This document shows positions 42,460-54,969 of a stretch of 64,000 bases of DNA, piece by piece. A model generated the notes under the pieces. The model did not search any database, was not told where the DNA came from, and worked only from the letters and a program-made list of their open reading frames with translations. Every line of letters begins with the position of its first letter. Within the stretch, counting starts at the first letter, position 1. The stretch covers positions 124,001 through 188,000 of the forward strand of contig CM074814.1 in NCBI GenBank assembly GCA_037447605.1, read 5' to 3'. A program made the translations under genes and the position numbers. This stretch comes from Zygnema circumcarinatum SAG 698-1b. Lineage: Eukaryota > Plantae > Zygnematophyceae.

Positions 42460-43405
42460 GGGAAGTGATATTTCCACCCCTTTTTTGGATCCAAACACCC
42501 CTTCCCGGCCGGGCAGATTTCAAAAAGGATTAAAAACGGAAAATGCTTTTTTCACACCTTTTTGGAATCGATACCACCCTCCATCGGCAGATTTTATTTC
42601 TGCGCAACAAGGAAAATGATAACCCGTCACCCCATTTGAATATCCCGCCTACCTAATTTTTTTTTCACGCGTGCGGTCAATCGCAGCCGTCGATTCCCTC
42701 GCAGATCGCAACACGGCAGATCACTATTTGCTCTGCAGCCGGGCTCGGTCACAGCGCATGGCACGTGCCCACGTATCCCGCCAAAGTCCTCTAAAACGTT
42801 TGTCCGTACAAATGTCGTACGGTCGCAACTTGAGGCACCCAAAATTTCGTACATTGAGATCTTAGACCAATCAAAATTTTCCACGTCAAAAATGTAACAC
42901 GTGGCAGATGTTTATTGGCTGGGAGGTTACAATGACGAGATCTCGGGCCGAAGGACGCGCGCACTCGCACGTGCGATTTGGCTTTGACGGGACTCGTGGG
43001 CGCTTTCCATTCGCTAAGATCGAGCCCGGCTGCAGATCGAACGGTGATCTGCAGTGGTGTGATCTGCGAGGGAATCGACAGCTGCGATTGACACACACGT
43101 GTGCAGGACGGACACCCGCGAACGATCTCGTGGCGGACGGATCTTCCGCTCCGAGCGGATTCGGGCAGGCAGATATTTCTTTCCCTCAAAAAAAAAATTC
43201 AGGGAGGCGGGATACAGTATTCAAAATGCGGTGACGGGGTATCATTTTCCTTGGTTAGCAAAAATAAAATCAGCCGACGGAAGAAGGTGGGTATCGATTC
43301 CAGAAAGGTGTGAAAAAAGCATTTTCCGTTTTTAATCCCTTTTGAAATCTGCCCGGCCGGGAAGGGGTGTTTGGATCCAAAAAAGGGGTGGAAATATCAC
43401 TACCC
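42460..43405. mobile_element. Non-autonomous Mutator-like foldback element with tandem TIRs and 8-bp TSD
   Basis: Ends GGGAAGTGATATTTCCACCCC.../...GGGGTGGAAATATCACTACCC. The inverted repeat is ~200 bp, with a further inverted pair at 42667-42752 / 43019-43102. Perfect TSD TAACTTTA at 42452-42459 and 43406-43413. Confidence 0.9.
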
Positions 43406-44138
43406 TAACTTTATAAAGGATGATATTACGTTAGCACGTGAACATCTTATCTTTCTCGAATAAGTCAAAAACCTTACACGTGTCTCACGCCTACGGATTG
43501 GTCAATCCCTTTCACTTTTTTTTTCCTTCGGCTGCTTTGTTTTTTTCCGTGCTACTGCGGCCCAAATATCGGAAAACAAAAACAAAGCAAATGTGCTGGC
43601 ACCGTTCATTGGTCCACGTGGCCCAGCATCTTCTCGTTCCGCGGACAGGAAACCGTTGTGAGACCGACATTGATCTTCTAAAAAGCGTGCGATTCCACTT
43701 TCGAGAAAGGTCCAGCGATTCCCGGGAGTTGAACCTTCTTTGAAAGCCGAATGGACGGCTGCGATTTTTAAATCGACGGCTAGAAGTCGTCCGAGTCGAC
43801 ACCGGTCAAAAAGACGTGGTCCCAAAAATGTCCGTTTCACTGCTTTTGAGAGGAAGGGCCTTTGACGGGCAGGTCTGGGGGAGGGAGAGAGGGAGAGAGA
43901 CAGAAAAGGACATAGGTAGAGAGAGAGGGAGCGAGAGAAGTGCGGTAGCAGCGAGTATCAGTTTCTGTACTACTCGTGGGAAAAAGGGAGTAGGGAAGGG
44001 AGAGAGTGAGAGGAGGGAAAGAGAGAGAGCGAAATAGCATTGAGCACCAGTCTCTGTACCACTCGGGGGAAAGAGAGAGGGAGAGAGGAAGTTTACAGGG
44101 TGAGAAAGGGGCAGGGAGAGGAAAGAGAGGGAGTGGAG

Positions 44139-45094
44139 ATGTTTCCAATCATTTTGGCTTGCGTAGCGTCGGTGGCGGCAGTGAGCGGGACGGTATCCGC
44201 GACGCTGACACCGAAAGTCATGAAGGTACCTGTCACTCTCTCTCCCCTACTTTTCCTCCTCTCTCTCCCCCCTCCCTCCCTCCCTCATTCTCAACTCCTC
44301 TCGACTCAGTTTTACGATTTCAGTCACTCAGTTTCTCGCATGTGTCGACTTTTTTTCCTGTCTTCACTCCCGTTGGCCTCTTTCTTTTCGAATTCCCTCT
44401 CCTTTTCCCGCTCTGCTTCCTCCTCTGCCCTCTTTTTCCTCCTCCCCCTCCTTTTTCCTCTGGATGTCGGAATTCTCATTTCGTCCCCCTTCCCTGTCCC
44501 TTACTTTCTCCGTACCCCTCTCTTATTACCCTGTCCTTCCTCTTCCTCTCCCTCTCCCTCCTCCCCCTCCCCCTCTCCTTCTCCCTCTGCCTCCACCTCC
44601 CCTTTCCCTTCCACTCTTCCTCTCCCACCCCCCTCCCTCTCCTTTCTCCCTCTCCTTTTTCCGTTTCTACACCATCCCCCTCCCCCACTTCCCCCTTCTC
44701 CCTCTTCCCCCTCCCCCTCTTTCCTTTCCCCCTCTTTCCTCTCCCCTCCCCCTCCTTCATCCTCTCCCCCCACCCCTCCCCGTCTTCCTGTCTCCCACTT
44801 TCCCTCCCTTTCCCGTTCCTCCTTTCCTTCCCTCCCCTGCCCCCTTTCCCTTCCACCCTCTCCCGCTCCCTCTCCCTCCCTCTACCTGTCCTGCTTCCCT
44901 CTCCCCCTTCCTCTTCCCCCCTTCCTTTCCTTCTTTTCGTGCTAATATCACTTCCTTCTTTACCGCAGGACGAACTGAAGCTCCGCAGGGATCGGAAGTT
45001 GAAGTCTGACTCTGCAAAGTCCTCCACGGAGGAAGGCGGAAACTCTGACATTTTAGTTCACCCCCAAGAAAACGATCGTCTGTGCTGCGTCTAA
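44139..45094 (+). CDS. Candidate small orphan protein (70 aa, 2 exons) with a hydrophobic N-terminus
   Basis: Exon 1, 44139-44225: MFPIILACVASVAAVSGTVSATLTPKVMK|gtacct. Exon 2, 44969-45094, after branch point GCTAAT and CCGCAG: DELKLRRDRKLKSDSAKSSTEEGGNSDILVHPQENDRLCCV*. Phase-0 join. The intron has the sense-strand CT tract typical of the other genes here. Confidence 0.55.
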
Positions 45095-46227
45095 GGAACC
45101 AGCATGCACCGTTCCTTCCATGCGCTCTGAAGCAGAAAGCAACAGAAGGAGAATAGAGGTTTCTGTATGTTGGTAAACCATCATGTTTTTTGTAAATTTA
45201 GTATAATCTAGACTCTTTCGGAGGATGTACATATCTCCTGTTGGGTTTCATGTATATATTTTGTTAATAGAGGAAGTGTAGGGCGTTCTTTCCTCGGCAC
45301 CTATCTCCGCTGGCTACTTATATTGCTTATATTGCTTATATTGCTTATGTCGCAGGCGACATAACTATAGCAGTCACAGATAGTCTCGACTCCTGTTATA
45401 TACGTCACCGGCTACATATGCCTTAGGTAATATACCGCGTTACTATCTTTACTAGTTACATGCCGTCACGTGCTACTCCCATCAGATGCTCTTGATGGGC
45501 CTTGTGGCTTGTAATACTATTTTTCCTTGTTCTTTTATATGTACTGAGGAGTATGTGAATGGGATGGAGGCTGCCATTGTGGATTTGGGTGATCAATGCA
45601 TGCTCGATGCACTAAAAACCCTGAAAACCCTAAAAGCCTTACATTCCTTCCTTGTTGGCCAAACGGACGCCATTTTGAGGGTCTTCCGATGGCATGGGCC
45701 AATTGAGGTTTCCCCTGTAAGCACTCTGCTAACGGGGAGAGCTGTGTACCCCTCAATGGATCCTCGCGCAATGGATTGGAACTATTATATCATAGTATAT
45801 AATGTGACGAATTGCAGAAGAAAAAACAATGAATTGGCATTATTAAATGACATGTCAGCATCATACTCGTATCCCCTACTTGGTAAAAATGCAGAAGTTC
45901 AGTTTTGTTCCGGTACACATGTTTCTGTCCCCTAATTCCAAAGCTCATTCGCATCTGGTTGATGCCATTCACATGTACAGTAACACCCATTAATATATTC
46001 CACGAACCTCTATCTGAAAGCGGCGATTAAATGACATAGGAAGCGAATGAGATCACCAAAAATGCAGTCCTACATCGGTAACGGAAACTACAGTTAGCAC
46101 TCTTATGCATGAATCATAAGCCGACCAGTATGAACAGAACGGGTGCATGCAACTTCTAAACTGGAAGCTCCTAATCTCCTCCTTATTTCTACCTTGTGCT
46201 CCCCTCTCTCCCTCTCCTCTCCCTCCT

Positions 46228-49200
46228 CTACTGCAGCAACCGCAATTCTATCGGACGGTTAAGTAAAAATTCGCGATGGAGTTCCCGGTATGCTCGATAG
46301 CAGTCATTTTCTGATCGAAATTTGATAACGGTTCGGCGCTCGACCACATCAACGAGGGGTCGCTTCTCACCCGCCAATCGCATGCGGAGGGGAGTTCGGA
46401 TGCCTTCATGAAGCCTGCGAAGCCAGTATCCGTGACCATCAAACGTAGAAAAAAGGAAAAGAAATATAAAAATGAAATAAAACAAACAAAAACGGAAAAG
46501 GTTTGAGAGCTTCTGTCAATAGCTTCCCCTTCCTCCCTCTCGTTTTTCCAGCCTCCCTCTCATTCTCGTCCCCTTCTCTCACACACTCCTCACTACTCCC
46601 AACTTATCGCCAATCAGCCTCTACCTCATCCTCTCCTATTTTCTCAGTTCTGCAGGTATTTTCGTTCTCTCTTTGTGCCTCTCCCGCTCCTATCCCCTCC
46701 AGACTCCTCCCTCCCTCCTGCGCCATTCCTCTCAACCTCTCTGGCCGGTGCTTATCAACTCTCTCGCTCTCCTCTCCCTCTACGCTCTGCTCGACATTGC
46801 ACTCCCACTTCCGTCCTCCCTACTCTCTCCCTCTACGCTCTGCTCGACATTGCACTCCCACTTCCGTCCTCCCTACTCGTTGCTACCCCTTAACTACCAA
46901 AGGACAGGTTATGAGTATAGGCTGCAGAGGTCCCTACTAGGAAGTTACCTCTGTTTTAGTACAGTTACAGAATTTCCACAATTTGTACTCCTCTCAAACT
47001 ATTATAAATCTTTTATGGGGTCCTTCAAAACTTACACGTGCAGATGTCTGATGGCATTTGGGGCAATGCTATAATTTTCAAAGAAACGTTCAATTACATC
47101 CGTAGTAGCTTCCTCGGGACCTCCCAACATTATCAGCTGCATGCCCCGAAAAACCCACACGAGAATAATACACTTAGAGAATAACATACTTCAAACAACG
47201 AGAATAAACTGACACTCTTCTACTCCTCCGTTCCACAATGAACTAAAAATGTGAATGTTGATACATTAGTCTCTACAAAAACGTCATGGGTAAAAAAGTT
47301 TCTTACTAAAAATTACGAAATACAGCCAAATGCAGTCAAGTCAAGGCAAGTCAAGCGAGGAGGGACACGCAAAAAAAAAAGATGAGCATCAGAAAACGAT
47401 TGCTTCCAAGATTTCAAAGAGGAGAAAGACGCGACATAGCGAGTTTCTTTTCCACTCCACTTACGGTAAGGGCGTCTCAGTTGATGAGGCAAAATAGCAA
47501 AGAAAGTTCACGGGTTTGTTAGGGTTTTTACCGATCTGCCTCGAAATCCTGCTGCCATTCGATTTGGGTGCTTCGGATCATTTTCTGCCATCAGGTCCTC
47601 CGCAGGCGTCTGAGAAGCAACAGTCGATTAGAAAGCGCCACGTGTCCATGTAAGGCACCATATCAACCAGCTTCTAAATATATGTTTAGCGGAGGAAGGC
47701 AGCTTTCAAATCAAACTAAACAAAACGTTTGCATTTGTAAAAAAGTCATATGGAAGGAGAGAGAGATGGAGAACGGTGCTAGGAGCCACAAAAACTGCGT
47801 TAGCTTTGACATGAATGCTCAAACACTCCAAACTCTAGGAGTCATAAGCTTTAAGAAACCGCCAGAAAAAGGAGGATTGAAAGGTTGCATAGGCGCAAAA
47901 CTAGTTGAGTCTCTCTCCCTCTCTCTCTCTCTCTCTCGCCATCTGCCTCCTCTCCTTCTTTCTCCCACAGCCGCTCCACTCTCTCCACCTCTCTCTCACT
48001 CTGCCAGACCTTCAACCCCTCTCCTCTCTCTTCCTCTCTTTGCTTACAAGTTCGAGATGTGGCTGACGCGAACCCAACTTTTTGCGTGAGCCGACCAATT
48101 CCATGACTCGGGCATAAACCTCATCGGATGGAAACACAATTCGCCTGCAACATTCACAGGGAGTCTGAATCTGAGCCACTCGTCGTAATTTTTCAAAGCA
48201 GCGAAACACCAAAAATGCGTACAATAACATCGCAATCCATGCCCCTCTCCTTGATGTCTTCTGTGCTCCCTCTGCTAGTTTTCCTTCTTTACTTATTACT
48301 CATTCATTTCTTCACCTAATGTCAGATTTTCGACGGTTTCCAGGATTTCAAAAGTTGCATCTCACAAGTTTGAGCGACTGACAAATAGGAAACTGAGCAA
48401 TTTGCTGAATTCTCCCGAGAAAAAGGAAAAAATAAAAAAAACAGAAGACTTCAAGGTCAAGTGCCCTTCCATCTCACCAGTGTTGAAACCGCAGGCGTTC
48501 GTCGATCACAGACGTGATGTGCTCCGCCTTCAGACCGCAGCCTTCAAAGTAATCCACCACTTCCCACTTCAGAGCGAGCTTCGGCGTGTTGGAAAACTTC
48601 GCCACCTTTTTGCCCACATATTCTGCACCGGAGTGCAAAACCGCCAAAAATGAGAGAGCGAGAAAGAGAGAGTGTGTGCTCGTGTCCACTGTGTGCATGC
48701 GCGTGTGGATGGGAAGAGCGAGAGAGAGAGAGAGAAAGAGAGAAGTGTAAGATTGAATCCCTGATACAACGCATTCTAAAGCATCTGAGCATTTATCTTG
48801 ATGCCCAAGCCTCCAACTGGGGAGTTAAAACTTGAGAACCAGTCAATCAGTTTTCGGAGAGAATTAGATTGCAGAATTTGCTTATTTTCCCACTCTCCTT
48901 CTTGATTCTCCACGCTTCAACCCTCTCCTCTTTCCTCCCTCCCCTCTCCCTCCCTTCCCTCTCCCTCCCTCCTCTCTCCCTCCCTTCCCTCTCCCTCCCT
49001 CCCCTCTGCCTCCCTCCCTCCCTCTCCTGCCACGCACCAGCTGGCAGCCCCCTTCCCTCCTGCGCGCTGCTGCTGGTCGCTGTGCTGGACAAGGAACGGA
49101 GCGCCATCGGCTGCCAAAACGGAGGAACCATGGGGGGAGCTGCAGGCGGGGAATGAACGCTCCCATGGAGACTGGAGGGTACCACGGAGCCCCGCGCAGC

Positions 49201-49260
49201 CATGGCCCCTCGCACTGCGACTGCCGCGCGCCTGAGGAGGCGCCCGCCATGGCGCTGCAT
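46228..49260 (-). CDS. Mitochondrion-targeted protein with two degenerate RRM-like domains (resembles the Arabidopsis At5g02740-type family), 6 exons
   Basis: Transit peptide MQRHGGRLLRRAAVAVRG...LRSLSS. Exons join in frame: EYVGKKVAKFSNTPKLALKWEVVDYFEGC / WRIVFPSDEVY / TPAEDLM / LIMLGGPEEATTDVIERFFENY / ...TVIKFRSENDCYRAYRELHREFLLNRPIELRLLQ*. The family match is from recall. Confidence 0.75.
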
Positions 49261-49297
49261 GGCTGCTGTACCCTGGAGAGGGAGAGAGAGAGAGACG

Positions 49298-49342
<45 letters not shown>

Positions 49343-49631
49343 GGGGGAGAGAGATGAGAGAGATGAGAGAGGTGGGAGTGACTGTGGGAAGGAGCAACCC
49401 TAAACCTCAATGGAAGGGTTCAGGATGGATGGCTCACCATGGCATGTACGGCATGCCATAAATACATGCATGCCATGGTCTGTTCCGTACAGAACATGCC
49501 ATGCGGCCATGCCGTCCGTACATACTTGATGGTACTGTACGAAAGCTTCTCGTACGGAAGTAGGCTGAAAATCAATCTGGCGTGCCACGCTGGCAGGTCT
49601 ATAATGCCACGTGGCACTTCAATACATTTTT

Positions 49632-49776
49632 GGAAATGCTATTTTCACATCTTTTTTGTAAAGATACACACCTTTTCTCGCCGCTCAGATTTTAGTTCAG
49701 GGTTCTTACGTTTTTGAGGGATTTTTTTTTTTTAGTTGTGTATCTTTACAAAAAAGGTGTGTAAGTTGTAATTCCC
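49632..49776. mobile_element. ~145-bp Mutator-type MITE in a divergent promoter
   Basis: Imperfect TIRs GGAAATGCTATTTTCACATCTTTTTTGTAAAGATACAC / GTGTATCTTTACAAAAAAGGTGTGTAAGTTGTAATTCCC. Same family as 54823-54969. Flanks are only partly matching (decayed TSD). Confidence 0.7.
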
Positions 49777-50164
49777 AATTCTTTTCCCTTTTTTTTTTTT
49801 TAAAGCCGTCAGGGTTTTTCCCCCCTCGGCGAACAATAGTGGAGTCCACCATCAAACCAATAGAAGCTTGGCACGTGTATAAATTTGTACACGTGGCATG
49901 TTGTAATTGGCAGCTGTAGGACCCACTCTGTTTGGAAGACGCGGACGCTTTTTTGCTTTCATTGCAGTACTGAATGTAGCCTTCATCATTTGATGGCATC
50001 TGCATCGTGAGATCAATGCCACATTCTCATATCTTCATCAGACTTTTTCTTAAGGAACACGACTCTTGAATCGAAGCAGGCATTCTGCGTTAGGATATTC
50101 TTCCTAGATCAATAAAAGCAGTAGAAAATGCGTGCAGGAGATATCTGTTAGGGAAACAGAGAAA

Positions 50165-53100
50165 ATGAGCAACTTTTGCGGTTGTGAGGAGCCTTGCAGC
50201 TGTTCCAGACGATGTGGTGCGAGTGAATGCAGAATGGATGATGGCATGGACTTGAACTGCAATGGAAAGAGCGGCAGCTTCAGTTGCTCTTCTCCTCTCT
50301 CTAGTCGTCCCTCTGTCTCATCAAGAAGCTCCAGGAATGGTAGAAGACATTTTGAAAGAATGAGATTAAGCTTTGGAGCTGCATCCTTGTCCCTTGCTTC
50401 CATATCTGCATCGAGCCGCCAAGCCGCACCAACAAACGCGGAAGCTTTGCCTCGCGAAATCAGGATTGATGAAATGAATGAAGAAACAGAACAAGCTTGT
50501 AGGCCTACTTTGGCACAGCTGGTGATGCATCCGGTTGCGTTGATTCGAAACGTTCCAAAGGGCGCAGCCATGTTTGCTGCTGGAGCCATGGCTGGAGCTC
50601 TTGCCAAGACGACAACTGCACCGCTAGATCGCGTTAAGCTTATGTTGCAGGTCAGCACGTTCTTCTGGTCGAGATTTTTCACTGTTTGCCTTGGTTGCTG
50701 CTTTTTCATAAATAGTAGGCTCTTCTCATGGACCGCAGTTGTTGCTCTCGCATATACTGTGTGACACCGAACATCACCTTATGTTGAAATGAAATGAACG
50801 AACTGAACGTGTGAACGAACGCGAAACTAGAATGAACGAGTTTGAGGACATGTATAAGGTAGTTAACTGTACAAATAAAGTCACAATCTATGCGGCAGCT
50901 CCTTGTACATGGCTGTTAGAGTCTGAAGTTCTTAATCGATTGTGTCCAACGAGGCTCATTAATTCTGTTGAACTGAAAATTGGTAAAGCCGAGTGGAGCT
51001 AACATTTGAATGTTTTTATTCAATCATAAATTGCCTATTTTCTAATCCTATTTCTTGCTCCGTATCTTTATCTTTTTTAACTCGGCAGGTCCGAGGAGTT
51101 CAGGCTTCTGCAGTCGGCCAGAAACGTTTAGGGCTAGTGGAGGTCGGAACCCTAACTCTCCACTTTTTGGTTTGACAAGAATGCTTTCATTATAAACTTG
51201 TTTTGTGTTTTTTTGCGGATTGTGTATCGTTACTTAACTTACATTGTGATGGATCGTATGGAAACAGGCGATAGTAAAGATTGGAAAGGAGGAGGGAATC
51301 GCGGGATATTGGAAAGGCAATCTTCCGCAGGTGACGCTTTTCAGCTTCTTGGGTGTTTCAACGAATCCATTCAGCGTTCTATCTTGAGTAGGAAAAAAAT
51401 TGGCGCTTTGTACCAAAGCGTTCCAGGCAAGGATAGAGAGAATTTGCTGATTGAGTTTGTGAATCTCCATATTTTGCAGGTTATACGTGTTATTCCCTAC
51501 AGCGCCGTTCAGCTATTCGCTTATGAAAGTTACAAGGTAAAGTATGACGATAAGTTTTCCTTATTGTTGTTTTAGTTTATACACTAGATCCGAATAAGCA
51601 TTCTTCTTGCCGAGGATTTAAAGGACTGATTTAGACGACAATGTGGTTTTTGTGTCGCGCTTGCAGCGCCTTCTGAAAGGCGACCGGAAGGAACTTTCCG
51701 TACCTTCCAGGCTTGCAGCTGGAGCCTGTGCCGGAATGACCTCTACCTTGGTAGGCTCTTTCGCAGGATTGAAACTCTAGAACATCCTTAGGTGACCAAT
51801 GTACCTCAAAATCTTATTACCTACACAATTCAACCCCCACTTGTTAATGCCATGGGCATGGGTGTGCTTTGAAGTTCCATGATATCAAGCACTTATCTTA
51901 TCACTTATGACATCAGGTTTCGTTTGAGTATATCATGAGTATGCAATCGTATACATAGAATATGTAGTTATGCAGCAAGGTTTGCTTACGCAAGTTAAGC
52001 AATTGATTGAGTGAGCTCTACGAAGTGCAGTTATGTCATGCTCATGTCATAAAGGTTTCTCCTTCAGGTGACTTATCCTCTCGATGTTCTGCGGCTGCGT
52101 CTAGCAGTCGATCCGGCTTGCAAGTCGATGACACAGGTACAACTCAGGCGCAGAAATTCACCCTGACAGATTTCTTCAATTGTTACGGATTAAAGAACTT
52201 CGAAGTCTTTGATTTACTTCTTAGTTGACACGTATTGAGCTCTTTCTATTACTCTCATGCATGCCAAACAAGACGAGACGTATGTGTGATTAGTCGCAGG
52301 AAATAAACTGCTGCATTTCTGTTCCTCATCGTCCACTGTTACGTCGATGTTGAGAACACACTGTTCCGGATCCCAGCGCACTAATTCCAACTCGAATCCC
52401 CATTTTTTATGATAACTAAATAATCGCCCTCTGTCATTGAGTGTCGTTGTTAAGTGCGGAAAAGTGAGCCATAAGGTTCATCCACTCTCCTGCTTGCCCA
52501 TGTACTTCCTTCAAAAGTCCACCACTTCAAATTGCTACAATAAAATTCACAAGTGCTTATGCCATCTTGCTGTTGTTGGTATCCAGGTGGCACTAAATAT
52601 GCTGAAAGAGGAGGGCATAGGATCGTTCTACCGTGGTTTGGGGCCTTCTCTTCTGGGCATCGCCCCATATATTGCGATGAACTTTTGTGCTTTTGATTTG
52701 TAAGGTCATGACTCCTTTCACCTGGTTTCACCCTGCAAACAGGCAAAGTGACAGAGTTGGATGCTCACATATTCTGCGACATTTCATATTTGTTTTCAGT
52801 GGTTTAATTGTATCGCGCAAGAGTAAGCCAGTGTGGAGTATTTTCTTCTACGTGAATCCGCTCGGAATCTTCTCCCCTAGGCAGGCTAGTGCTGTCCTCT
52901 GTTTTTTAACTCACTGAATAAGCGATGTTGTGTTTTTTTCTGTGGCAGGATAAAGAAGGCTATGCCGGAAGACCTTAAGAAGAATGCAAATGCTTCATTC
53001 CTTCCCGCACTATTGGCAGCCACGATTGCGACTGTCTCCTGTTATCCGCTTGATACTGTCCGCAGACAACTGCAAATGAAGGGCACGCCATACACTACTG

Positions 53101-54173
53101 TTGTAGATGCTATCCCAGGTGGGGGGGGAAGAAGGGCTCTCTCGCTCTTTCTCTTTTCTCTCTCTCTCTCTCGCAGACACGCTCTCTCTGCCGCCCCCTC
53201 TCCCTCTCCATCTCCATTCACTCTGGCCCTCTCTCCCTCTCTCTCTCGCCCTCTGTTAGGGGGATTTAAAGGATGTTGGAGGTGAGGGAAATGGGGAGGG
53301 AGTGGAACAGCTCTGCTTCTGCACCCAATAGCCACGGAACTAGTTTCCTCCGAAATCGTAAAATTGTTAGTGTTATATGATAAGGGTTAGCGTGTAACAT
53401 GCTAGCCGTAAAGGTTCAGCTCAAGGGTCCAACACTCAAGCTTTCAATGTAGAGGGTGAAATAGGGAGACCTCAAGGATTGCCTCTTTTACATGCTATTT
53501 GGTTTTGTGCGGGGCGGAATCGCAGGTATTATTGCCAGGGACGGTGTGGGAGGACTTTATCGGGGTTTTCTTGCGAATGCTTTGAAAAATCTCCCAAATA
53601 GCAGGTAAGCCCTTCAACTGGTGGGAAAGGAGACAGAATCACCGAACGGAGCCGTTTCTACATATGACAAAATGCAAGTATGGATAGGCAGCTTCACCAA
53701 GGGTCTTCCCTTGTTTGTGATATTTAGTGTTCTTCCATGAGGGGTTTCAATCTTCACTTTCGAATCCTGGATTTCGAATCCGTTTGCTACCGATTACTCC
53801 GGATTGCTTAAGGTCGGGATTACTTCTGTAGCCAATAAATTCGAATACCAGAATGCAAAAGTTAAATGTGAAACCCCCTATTCGCTTGTTACTAGAATTC
53901 CAGTCTAGATTCCCTCTCACAACTACAGTAACAGCATAGCGAAAACCTCAATAACCCGTTCTTGTCTCTAATGGCAGCATCCGACTTGGCACCTACGACT
54001 TTGCGAAGAGCATCATCAATTTGAGCGAAGCGGAGTACGACAAACTCGTAAAGGAAAGGGAGGAGGAAGTCAAAGCCAAAAAGCTGCACTCTGCGAGACT
54101 GCCCCAGCTCGAGAGCATAGAGGAGGAGAAGGCGCTCAGCAAGCAGCAGGTGGCAGGAGGAGGAGTGCGGTAG
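50165..54173 (+). CDS. TAAC: Plastid adenine-nucleotide/PAPS carrier of the mitochondrial carrier family (TAAC/PAPST1/EAAC type), 10 exons
   Basis: Three carrier signatures APLDRVKL, YPLDVLRLRLAVD and YPLDTVRRQLQ. Also GYWKGNLPQVIRVIPYSAVQLFAYE and LKNLPNSSIRL. Ser/Arg-rich N-terminal extension, start codon uncertain (50165 or 50234). Confidence 0.9.
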
Positions 54174-54822
54174 AGGGCGGATTCTGTTCCACCTTTCATC
54201 ATATCATTCTTTCCCAATGTTGGCTGGCATAGAATAACTTATCGGGAGAGCGGGGAGGGAGGGGAGGGAGAGAGGAGATGGGGGAGAGTGGTGGGTAGGG
54301 AGTGAGAGAGGTAGTGAATGGAACGGGATGGTAAAGCCTAACCCTAGCTACTGTCTTGGTCCTTTCTGGGCCTCAAGTCTTTCTTAGTCTTCAAACTTTC
54401 AAAGAGTAACAGAGTCGCAAGAGCTCTCAGTTGAACGGTCCATAGAGCGGAAGCTTATGCTGTGTTTGCATAGGGACAGGCGTACGCCCCAAGAGCCCCA
54501 TGAGGGAGCAGGAAAGTGCTGGTGGCACTCAACCGCTTGGAGAGAGAGGCAAATAACTTCCGTCCTGGGTTACAATGCTGAATCGCAGACATGATACAAA
54601 AGTATAAAATTAAAATTTAATTGTTTCTTGGGCTACGGGAAAGCGCAGAGGCAAACTCCTTTACAAAAAGGAGAGATGTGGCATTGATCTCACGATGGCG
54701 ATGTTGCCATCAAATGTACATGGACAAAATCAGCATCATGGGGAACTATGAGGAATCAAAAAAAAAAAAAATTAAGTGGGGCATCAGGGTCGTCCAAATT
54801 ATCGCGTTTTACGACACAGGGA

Positions 54823-54969
54823 GGGTATTACTATTTACACACCTTTTTGTCTAGATACACTCCTCTTCTTTAAAAAAAGCCCCCCAATACCATAAACAAT
54901 GGTAAAAAAAATCTGACCAGCGAAAGAAGGTGTGTCTAGACAGAAAAAGGTGTGTAAATAGCATTTTCC
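54823..54969. mobile_element. ~147-bp Mutator-type MITE upstream of the SLT gene
   Basis: TIRs GGGTATTACTATTTACACACCTTTTTGTCTAGATACAC / GTGTCTAGACAGAAAAAGGTGTGTAAATAGCATTTTCC. Aligns in reverse orientation with 49632-49776. No clear TSD. Confidence 0.7.

Noticed and set aside
46777-46878. ~50-bp tandem duplication in an intron, and short repeats at 45318-45350 and 61782-61822
   Set aside because: Ordinary slippage duplications with no evident function.
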